Source of the DNA: Octopus sinensis
Lineage: Eukaryota
Length of the DNA stretch: 64,000 bases
Reading direction: 5' to 3'
Assembly: GCF_006345805.1 (NCBI RefSeq)
Contig: NC_043001.1
Coordinates: 47,740,001-47,804,000 of the forward strand
The position numbers were made by a program, and so were the translations under genes. The notes beneath the pieces are model-generated. The model ran no database searches and was not told where the DNA came from. It saw only the letters and a program-made list of their open reading frames with translations. Positions 52,741-64,000 of this stretch are shown here, piece by piece. How positions within the stretch are numbered: the first letter of the stretch is position 1; the number at the start of each line of letters is the position of its first letter.

Positions 52741-54434
52741 ATAATATATATAAATATATAGAGTTTTCGGGCGGGTGTAGGTGGAATTTCTCGTAGTCAC
52801 TAGCTCCTTGCAGTTTTACCTTTGAAACACCAAAACAACAAATTCCTTAGTTTGTGATAGCTCATGAAATGAAAATTTTCCGTTTGTTCCGTCTCTATAG
52901 TAAATTGAAAATTTGGCTAAGTGTTACTCCAAGTTTCACTTCACCGGTTTTCGGAAGGTGGAGATTGAGACAGAAACAGATGGTATATATAACTTCTCAC
53001 ATAAAATGACACGAATAAAGTCCTTCACTGGAAAAGTCTAAAAACACCGAAAGATACCTTTAATATGTGCATTTAGAACGAGTTCGAATTTTATACTGGC
53101 TTTTTGCCTAGGACACTGAGAGTATGTTGTGTTCCTGCGTCCTTATTGAACATACAGAATAATAGTAGTTTCAGAGTCACTCTGCGTATGTAAAGTACTT
53201 TTCCTATGTAAAAAGAGAATATAGAAATATATTAAATATGGAAAATCTCAAGAAAAATTTCCGTGGATACGGTTTATCGGGTAAATAATTTACCAGGAAG
53301 AAGTCGCATGGCGCTGAGGTTATTGCGATAAAGTCAATCAATATTATATTAATGTAGATTCAAGCTCGAATTAATCGATATTATATACATATTGAAAATG
53401 CCGTGAAAATGGTCTATAAACGGTGTTAGTAGAATAAATAGTTTACCCGAGAAAAAAAGTTGCATGACATTGTGGCTACATGATAAAGTTCAATGATATT
53501 ATATATACATGGAAGAATGGAAAGAATAGCGAATACAGAGTCCTGGAATTTTTAGAGAAGAATGTGTATCAGTTAGCGAACATTTCATGAATTGTGTGTG
53601 TGTGTGTGTGTGTGTGTGAAAGCAAACGTGTACCACTATACGCATGTCTATGTACGCTTACATATCAAAGCTTAATCATATAAGCGTATGTACATTTGCG
53701 GATATATTCTAAGGGTGTATATGCATATGTATGTGTGCACATAGGAACCTGCGTAGATATCCGCCTACGTGCACACATGCACACATGCACATACACCGTT
53801 AATAAAAAAAATATTTCAAGTGAGCTATCTGTCTCGAAGCTCTAACTTGGATCTTGAGCCCAACTAAAAAAATTAGGGTTCTTTTCCAAGTACTCTGTCT
53901 ATTATACTCTTATACTCTCTGCCATCTAAAAAATATTGATTGAATTTATCGTACAACCAAGCGCCATACATTTTCTTTTACAGGAAAATACTATTTAGCC
54001 GACTAAATCCGGTCATGGAGCATATTCCCGATATTTTCCATATTAATATAATATCGATTGACTTTATAATATCTTCCATATTAATATAATATTGATTGAC
54101 TTTATCATATAACATTAACGTCAAATGTCTCTTCCCTAGAAAAAAAATAGAAAAAACAATTATACGTCAAATTAGGATGAAGACGTTGCGTCTAGGGGGA
54201 GAAATCCTTGGAGCAAACAAGCAGCTGTTGTTGCTGCGAATATCGTTAGCTCTTCGAGGCAATGTTTTTGCTGTCCTATTCCAGGGTGTAGGTGAGACAA
54301 ATTAATCAACAATAACAAAAAATATAGAAATTGTATATTTCAATAAAGAAGCAGCATATAAAAGAAAAGAAGGATTAGGCGAATCATTGCATCTAACTCT
54401 TTATGTGTGACACAATGCATTAACTTCTATAACA

Positions 54435-54663
54435 AAATTGTCTTAATAGAAATACATGCTAGTAGAAGATCAATTGTCGGCTCGTGCAACTGTCCCATGT
54501 GCCCATGTATTTATTGTCTAAATTGAATTACATGTCGGTAGAAGATCAATTGCCGCCTCGAGCAACTGTCTCATGTACCCATATATTAATTGTCTTAATA
54601 GAATTACATGCGGGTAGAATATCAATTGCCGCTTCGAGCAACTATCCCATGTGCCCATGTATT
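54435..54663. repeat. 3 x 76-bp minisatellite
   Basis: attgtc(t/a)taat...gtagaagatcaattg...gcaact...cccatgt starts at 54437, 54513 and 54589. Confidence 0.85.
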
Positions 54664-55404
54664 AAGACACTCCCTGGAGTAAGGAAACCAACAAAATAAA
54701 ACAGCAATTAAGCGCATAAATTTGCATGGTAGGCCTAACATGCTATCTAATCTAATGCAACTCCTCCTTGGGTTTCTTTTACAGAATCCAGCTTTGTACC
54801 GACAATATCCTCCACCGTTATCATATCTTTTATTTATTCGTATTTTTTTCCCTCTGAATTTGTCTTTTTCTCTCCCATTTGAGTTACTTCAATTAGCGTG
54901 ACAGAAAAAGTAGATAGCTTCGTAGTATTGTATTAATACACAGATAAGTATACCAAAAGGAGAAATGAGTATTTCACAAAGGGTTGTAATTTTGACTTAG
55001 TTTTGACTTAGTTTCTTCTAATTCAGATTCAGTAAAACCAATCCAATAGGTGCCGTCTTAGTTTGTATTCAATAAATATGTTGCATATGCATAAGTAATC
55101 AACTAATGGATTGGATTCAACAATGAGCCAACATGAGAAAAGTGAGTAACATGCCATAAAGCAAAAGAATTAATTCTACAGGGAATTATGTAAGTTTAAG
55201 CATACAATAGAATATTTATAGCTGTAAAATTCCTTAGAGAAAGCATATCAGTTCGATAATCGGTATCAATAAACATGTCAATGGACAACTAAATATTATG
55301 CATCAAAGCTTATGTAGGAATATCTATGTATATATTCTTGTTCGCTTGTCATTCATTCAATAACTATACACATAAGATATATCATATATGTATATATATG
55401 ATAT

Positions 55405-55452
<48 letters not shown>

Positions 55453-56136
55453 ATATAGACATATATAAATTTAAGTTATATTATATGCATTCAACTAATC
55501 TTGTGCTACTCATAAAAAAGCTCCTTAATGTATTATTCCTCAAAACATAGAATATATAGTATGATGCAAGAGAAAACGACAAGGAGTGCATAAAGTTATA
55601 AGTGACGAGAAAAGTATTGTGCGATAAAATTGATTTAACCATTGAAAATTCTTATACCACACCAATTGTTTCGCAACTTAAAACATGCAGAAATAATTTA
55701 TGTTATTATATTTTATGAGTAAATTACTTGCATGTTTGCATTAATATAAACAATATGTAAATTAATGCAGATATTAAGCTAGCTCATCGGATGAGAAGAA
55801 ATGTACTTATACATATCTATATATCGATGCATTCGTGTATATGAGTGTGCAAAAGTGTGTGTGTATATATCTATGTATGTATATATATATGCATATGCAT
55901 CTACAGTCTTGCGCTTGTACTTGTGCATGTGTGAACATATGTCGGTATTAACGTCTACATATATATGTATGTGTATCGATATATGTATATACGTGTGTCT
56001 GTATATACTGATTTCAATAAGGTGTATGTATATATTTATATGTACATATTTGTGTATGATCTTGCATGTGTGTATATATATGCATTGTGACTAGCGATGT
56101 GTATCAACATCTGATGGTCTGGTCGGTCACGTGATT

Positions 56137-56179
<43 letters not shown>

Positions 56180-58771
56180 GTGTGTATGCATGTGTGTTTT
56201 GTATGTATGCATGTGTGTATGTATACTTATTTTTCTATTGCCTTAACTTTATTATTTTACTTAATGATTATAATTACTTACACCCCGGATAATAATATTT
56301 AACTATTTATAGAGTCAATTCGGCTACCTTGAATATAATGACAATTCAAAATTTGAACTTATTTGCATACTAACAATGTTTATCGGACACTTATGTGTAG
56401 TAATATTTTTAGTATATTTAGCTGTATTATAACAATAAGTACGGATTTTCAAACGATATTTCAACGAATGCATATCAATATCATTTTTCCATGTATTTAC
56501 CTCATATACTTTAATCTATCCCCATCTACAATACTGAATTATATTACTCTTATCCTTTATAATAACCTATTTTCTACTTATATATTTGAACCTCTAATCT
56601 TTAACTTAATGTTGTTCATATTTTTCTTGTTGACATCAACCCCTATATCTCGTAAACTTTGTCTATTTGAACTTTTATTTAGTTTCACGTTGTTACTACT
56701 TTTTCTGTTTCTTTACGATCTTTTATTTTCTGTTATTAACGCTAAATATATGTTTTTATTTTTCTTATACCAAAATTATTTTACAAGTTACTTTTTACTA
56801 TCTTGTTAAATTTCCCGTCTCTTAGAAAACCATCTTGTCAATTTCTATTAATTTTATTCTTATTCCATTCTTTGTAAGATTCTTTTCTTAAATATTTACT
56901 TATATCTTCAAATTTCTAATTTTAAATTTAATATTGTTCATATTTCTCACGTTGCTATCAATCTCTATATTTCGCGAGCATTGTTTCCTTGAACTTTTAT
57001 TTAGTTTCACTTTGTTAACAGTCTTTCTCTATCTTTACGATCTTTTATTAACTAGGTTATTAAGGATAAATGCATCACTTTCTTTTCTTATACCAATATT
57101 TTCTTCTAGTTCCGTTTTAATTATCTAACTAAATTTCACTTCCCTCCTTTAGAAAGCTGTTTTATTAATTTCTATTAATTTTATTATTATTGTCTTCCAT
57201 ATTTTTAAAGTTTTTTTTAAAAAATACTGACTTTGCGTTCTTGAAACCTTATGTGGAGGGATTATTGTTGAACATGGCTTCCTTTTCACCCGATGAGCTA
57301 GCTCAATATCTGTATTAATTTAAACATTGGTTATATTAATGCAGACGTGTAAGTAATTTACTCGTTATAAAATATTATAAAATAAATTATCAATGCATCT
57401 TTAAGTTGCGAAACAATTGTTGTGAAATAAGAATTTCCAATGGTTAAATAAATTTTATCATGCTATATTTCTCTCGATATCTATGACTTTATATCTCTTT
57501 TACTCTTTTACTTGTTTCAGTCATTTGACTGCGGCCATGCTGGAGTACCACCTTTAGTCGAATAAATTGACCCCAGGACTTATTCTTTGTAAGTCTAGTG
57601 CTTATTCTATCGCACACGTTTTGCCGAACCACTAAGTTACGGGGACGCAAACACACCAACATCGGTTGTCAAGCGATGATGGGGGAAAAGACAAACACAT
57701 ACATATACATATATATATATAGGACGGGCTTCTTTCAGTTTCACTCTACCAAAATCCACTCACAAGGCTTTGGTCGCCCTGAGGCTATAGTAGAAGATAC
57801 CCAAGGTGTCACAAAATGGGATTGAACCCAGAACCATGTGGTTGGGAAGCAAGCTTTTTACCACACAGCCACTCCTGTGTATATATATTCGTATGTATGT
57901 ATGTATGTATGTATGTATGTATGTATGTATGTATGTATGTATGCATGTATGTATGTATGTATGTATGTATGTATGTATGCATGTATGTATGTATGTATGC
58001 ATGTATGTGTGTGTGTGTGTGGGGGGGGGGACTGCCTGTGTGTCTGCGTGGGTGCTTGTGCATGTAAGTTTACGTGTGTAGCTGTACGCATGTGCACTAG
58101 TCGTTTCGAGAGAGCATCCTAGATACGCGTGCCTGCTTTTAAATGTAAAAATAAAGAATTTCAAATCTACACAAGACAACAAACACTTAGAAAAGAATTC
58201 AAATTTCAATATAGTCGGTAAAACTAAAGATACACAGCGGTAATTTGATTGGTGTAACAATAAAATAAATTCAAATTTAATCCGAGACGGATTCTTCGTT
58301 AGCGCTTGAGGATAAGGTCCATAGATCAAAGGATCAAAGAATGAAAGAACGGAAGCACAAAACCAGAAACCTACAAAATATAATTAAGCGCTTTGTAGAA
58401 AAGAAGACTTCGTTTATATTTCGACCAATGGCTGTTCAAGAAACATATTTAGCAGGCTTTATGTTATTCCATTAAGTGTAAAATGGCAACCATTATCAAC
58501 GGACCAGAGCTAAATATCTATCGGTCAATCTATCTGTCTGTCTGTCTGTCTATCTATTCATCTGTCTGTCTGTCTATTTATCAATCGGTGTGTGTGTGTG
58601 TGTGTGCGTGTGTGTGTGTGTCCTTGTGTCTGTGTTTGTCCCACCACCACAACTTGACAACCGGTGTTGGTGTGTTTATGTACCCGTATCTTAGCGGTTC
58701 GACAACGAAAACTAAAGTATAAGTACCAGGGTTTAAATAATAATTACTATGTTCAAAGGGACAGAATTAAA

Positions 58772-58846
<75 letters not shown>

Positions 58847-58857
58847 TTATCTATCTA

Positions 58858-58992
<135 letters not shown>

Positions 58993-58999
58993 GTCTGTC

Positions 59000-59888
59000 T
59001 GTCTGTCTTGCGTGTGTGTGTGAGTGTGCGCGTGCGTTTGTGTGTGTTTGTGTCTCTGTTTGTCTCACCATCACGGCTTGACAACCGTTGTTGGTGTGTT
59101 TACCTTCCCGTATCTTAGCTGTTCGACAAACCAGACCGATAGAATAAGTACTAGGGTTTAAATAAAAAATACTGGGGTCGATCTCTTTGACTAAACTTTT
59201 ACAAGGCGGTGCCCCAGTATGGAGGCAGTCTAATGACTGAAGCAAAAGAAGTATGTACATACATATACATCCGTACATATACATACATACATAACCCATC
59301 CATCCATCCGTCCGTCCGTCCATACATACATACATACATACATACATACATACATACATGCATGCATGCATGCATGCATGCATACATACATACATACATA
59401 CATACATACATACATACATACATACATACATACATACATACATACATACATACATACATACATACGTATGTATGTGTGTAAGTACATATGTACGTGTGTA
59501 TTAGAGACACCTGTTAGTCTCGGGAGGCCATGGATCTGCGTCTGAAAAGTCTGGTAAGAAGCTTGCTTACCAACCACATGGCTCCGGGTTTAGTTTCACT
59601 GCGTGGCATCTTGGTCAAGTGTCTTTTACTATAGCCTCAGGTAGATCAAAGCTTTGTGAGTGGCTTTGGTAGACGGAAACTGAAAGAAGCCCGTCGTGTG
59701 TATATATATATATACTTTATTTAAAGCAGCAGAAAATTCAACAAAATCTGTTACTCAGAGTAACAGATTTTGTTGAATGTTCTGCTGCTTTAAATAAAGC
59801 ATATTACTCTACCACTGGTATTTGAGTACCCTTTTTTTCCACCTTGTTTCACATTTATGTGTTTACTCCGGTATATATATATATATAT

Positions 59889-59921
<33 letters not shown>

Positions 59922-60192
59922 GTTTGCGTATCTGTGTTTGTGCCCCCAACATCGTTTGACAACCGACGTTGGTGTATTTACGTTCCCGTAACTTAGCGGT
60001 TCGGCAAAAGAGACTGGTAGAATAAGTACTTGTCTTACAAAGAATAAGTCCTGGGTTTCATTTCTTCGACTAAAAGCGGTGCTCCAGCATGGCCGCAATA
60101 AAATTACTGAAACTAATAAAAAATAACGGAATAGCGAATATATATATAGCTCTTTGTCTCTCTTCCTGCCCTTCCGCATGTCTGTCTATCTG

Positions 60193-60231
<39 letters not shown>

Positions 60232-60692
60232 GTCTGTCTGTCTGTCTGTCTGTATTCTATCTATCTATCTGTCTGTCTGTCTGTCTTGCGTGTGTGTGTG
60301 AGTGTGCGCGTGCGTTTGTGTGTGTTTGTGTCTCTGTTGTCTCACCATCACGGCTTGACAACCGTTGTTGGTGTGTTTACTTCCCGTATCTTAGCTGTTC
60401 GACAAACCAGACCGATAGAATAAGTACTAGGGTTTAAATAAAAAATACTGGGGTCGATCTCTTTGACTAAAATTTTACAAGGCGGTGCCCCAGTATGGAG
60501 GCAGTCTAATGACTGAAGCAAAAGAAGTATGTACATACATATACATCCGTACATATACATACATACATACATACATAACCCATCCATCCATCCGTCCGTC
60601 CGTCCATACATACATACATACATACATACATACATACATACATGCATGCATGCATGCATGCATGCATACATACATCATACATACATCATACA

Positions 60693-60723
<31 letters not shown>

Positions 60724-61170
60724 CATACATAATACATACATACATACATACTACATACATACATACGTATGTATGTGTGTAAGTACATATGTACGTGTGT
60801 ATTAGAGACACCTGTTAGTCTCGGGAGGCCATGGATCTGCGTCTGAAAAGTCTGGTAAGAAGCTTGCTTACCAACCACATGGCTCCGGGTTTAGTTTCAC
60901 TGCGTGGCATCTTGGTCAAGTGTCTTTTACTATAGCCTCAGGTAGATCAAAGCTTTGTGAGTGGCTTTGGTAGACGGAAACTGAAAGAAGCCCGTCGTGT
61001 GTATATATATATATACTTTATTTAAAGCAGCAGAAAATTCAACAAAATCTGTTACTCAGAGTAACAGATTTTGTTGAATGTTCTGCTGCTTTAAATAAAG
61101 CATATTACTCTACCACTGGTATTTGAGTACCCTTTTTTTCCACCTTGTTTCACATTTATGTGTTTACTCC

Positions 61171-61219
<49 letters not shown>

Positions 61220-61500
61220 GTTTGCGTATCTGTGTTTGTGCCCCCAACATCGTTTGACAACCGACGTTGGTGTATTTACGTTCCCGTAACTTAGCGGTTC
61301 GGCAAAAGAGACTGGTAGAATAAGTACTTGTCTTACAAAGAATAAGTCCTGGGTTTCATTTCTTCGACTAAAAGCGGTGCTCCAGCATGGCCGCAATCAA
61401 ATTACTGAAACTAATAAAAAAATAACGGAATAGCGAATATATATATAACTCTTTGTCTCTCTTCCTGCCCTTCCGCATGTCTGTCTATCTGTCTGTCTGT
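59000..61500. repeat. Near-identical tandem duplication of about 1.3 kb (59000-60200 / 60280-61500)
   Basis: Non-repetitive segments match base for base at an offset of 1278-1299; differences are mainly microsatellite length. Confidence 0.9.
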
Positions 61501-61714
61501 CTGTCTCTTTCTCTCTCTCTCTCTCTCTCTCACTCTCTTTCTTCATATATATCGTTGAGATATTTGTTAGTCTCGTGAGATTATAAATCTGCAACTAGAA
61601 ATTAGTGAAATTATTGCTTCGGCTTTGCTAACAGAGCTGTGTCTGCTATGACTACACACACACACACACACAAGTACGCTCACACAATTACACACACAAT
61701 TACACACACACACA

Positions 61715-61754
<40 letters not shown>

Positions 61755-61931
61755 TCGTAATTAAGTGAGCCTCCTGTATTTTTCTTTTACCCAAAGCCAG
61801 GAAATTTTCATCACCCTCTCTCTGGTACGCTGACGCCCGGCTTATCAGAAATAGCCTTCAAATATGCCTCCAATAGCGCTCTGCTTCTTACAACAAAGAG
61901 AGTTACATTGGATACACTGTAGTTTGTAGTA

Positions 61932-62319
61932 CGTGGAGGCGCAATGGCCCAGTGGTTAGGGCAGCGGACTCGCGGTCATAGGATCGCGTTTTCGATTCCC
62001 AGACCGGGCGTTGTGAGTGCTTATTGAGTGAAAACACCTAAAGCTCCACCAGGCTCCGGCAGGGGATGGTGGTGATCCCTGCTGTACTCTTTCACTACAA
62101 CTTTCTCCCACTCTTACTTCCTATTTCTGTTGTACCTGTATTTCAAAGGGCCGGCCTTGTCACTCTCTGTGTCACGCTGAATATCCCCGAGAACTACGTT
62201 AAGGGTACACGTGTCTGTGGAGTGCTCAGCCACTTACACGTTAATTTCACGAGCAGGCTGTTCCGTTGATTCGGATCAACCGGAACCCTCGTCGTCGTAA
62301 CCGACGGAGTGCTTCCACC
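61932..62319 (+). mobile_element. Full-length tRNA-derived SINE, head type D with tail 1
   Basis: A box TGGCCCAGTGG, B box GTTTTCGATTCC; 11-bp TSD AGTTTGTAGTA (61921-61931, 62320-62330). Confidence 0.9.
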
Positions 62320-62992
62320 AGTTTGTAGTATACAAAAGAAACGAAATGGTCACACAGAAACACCTCTCATCAGGTACATCCTCGGGCCAAACAACAACAA
62401 AAACAGTATTGCAACAAATTTACAATTTAGTATACTAATTTAACGAGTCCTTTGTTAATAAATTGCTAAGCTACGGAGAGACGAAAGGACTACATTCTAC
62501 TCAAGCTAAGAGAAAAACAAAATTCTTTCAGAGTTGTCTTCCGTAGTTGCAGATGAAAACAAAAACGATAAAAAAGGAAGATAATGATATTAGATATCGA
62601 CTAATATTGTGTGTTTTTTTGTTGTTGCTTAATTGTATATGTATATATATTTTGGCTACTGTTTAATGCTTTAATCATTAGATACGATTTCACCCACATT
62701 AATGTCGCATGTAATAAACATTTATGTTCCGCACGGCCTTTACAAGTTGTTAGTTCATTGCCAGGAACTAAACATAGCATAAATTTAATCAAAACAAGAA
62801 AGCACATCTAAAAATATTATTAATCAATGAGCAAACACATGTAATAAGATGCAAATAAGAATCCGGCCTTGCCCAACTGTAATCGATGTTTCTACACGAT
62901 GATATATGAAAAGAAACACATACGCACGGTTATAACAAGGATCGGACACATGATACCGGCAATTCCGGCAACATCCGATATGCTGAGTGTAA

Positions 62993-63041
<49 letters not shown>

Positions 63042-63274
63042 GTAAACCGGTCCTGTCATGTCTGAACTGTTTAAATCTCATAAACATGGATATACATATA
63101 CACCCGCTGCCCAGTTTAACCACGCCACATAGATCTTGGATGTATTCTAGCGAAGTCCACTCTAATGCCAGCAATCAGACCCGTTCTTAGAGGTGAGGAT
63201 AATTTCTTTCTCTTCTCTAATCAGAGAACACCTGAGAAAGAAAGGGACCATAGCCACTGTCCCACGTCTAAGCA

Positions 63275-63312
<38 letters not shown>

Positions 63313-63506
63313 TAGTTGTATACTGTCAACTTAATGCGACAGTCCCATGAAGGGAATCACACTACTGCTATTTAGCCCTAGGAAGCATCAACGTTTCCTG
63401 TCGGCCTTGACACATTTCCTGTGTTATTATGTTTACAAGGGAGAAACAAGCAGCCCCACCTATCTAAGCGTGCATCCAGAGACTAGTTTCTGAGTCTTGC
63501 CCGTCA

Positions 63507-63565
<59 letters not shown>

Positions 63566-63620
63566 CACATACATACATACATAACATACATATATAAATG
63601 TATGTATGTATGTATGTATG

Positions 63621-63656
<36 letters not shown>

Positions 63657-64000
63657 AATATATATATATATAATATATATATATATATAATATGCACATA
63701 TCGGTGTTATATTATTAATATTATTGATCTCAACCATTGGAACAAGAGCGCACATTTCCTGATTTTCAGGGACGAGTATTTTATTTTATCGATCACATGA
63801 AAGACATAAGGCAAAATGGACGCTAGCATGATTTAAACACGCCTCATAAAAAGCCATGACTAAAAACGGTAAAGCATTTTGTTCAATGCTCTATATATTA
63901 AACATTCATATATTAGTATACAATTATATATAATTGTAATGACGTTGATTGTTTATAGTCGTTGTAATACATAGTGTTGGCTTATATAATTATAATTATG

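Noticed and set aside
54435-54663. CRISPR-like array
   Set aside because: Contiguous 76-bp units with no unique spacers, eukaryotic context and no cas genes.
56363-56809. 148-aa hydrophobic ORF
   Set aside because: T-rich duplicated sequence between inverted repeats with no recognisable motif; the composition is explained by base bias.
61932-62010. tRNA gene (also the other A/B-box heads)
   Set aside because: There is no closing acceptor stem or Pol III terminator; the head continues into a SINE body with a TSD.

Overview
This is eukaryotic, AT-rich and microsatellite-dense DNA. Its tRNA-derived SINE families and repeat landscape suggest an octopus/cephalopod genome (inference). No prokaryotic features, rRNA, true tRNA genes or CRISPR arrays are supported, and most ORFs in the supplied track are microsatellite artefacts. 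Two host genes are supported. One is a divergent class A (FMRFamide-receptor-like) GPCR on + (4662-5487, probable tail exon 8482-8540). The other is an unidentified multi-exon gene on -, whose phase-compatible exons (33277-33415, 13874-14045) spell a C2-domain-like peptide. The remainder is mostly mobile DNA: Tc1/mariner elements (one nearly intact IR/DR Tc1 at 20254-21877), Penelope-like GIY-YIG fragments, RTE and RLE-type LINE remnants, two non-autonomous Helitrons, at least four SINE types, and an ORF1-only L1/Tx1-like element with a 15-bp TSD inserted into a SINE's tRNA-like head. The most striking non-coding signal is a set of type I hammerhead-ribozyme folds from three unrelated sequence families. 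They repeatedly occur as outward-facing inverted pairs or palindromes (28469-28989, 29211-29334, 44552-44794), plus solo copies (49599-49684, 20138-20186), and two related copies show a compensatory stem I change. All folds and alignments were done by eye.
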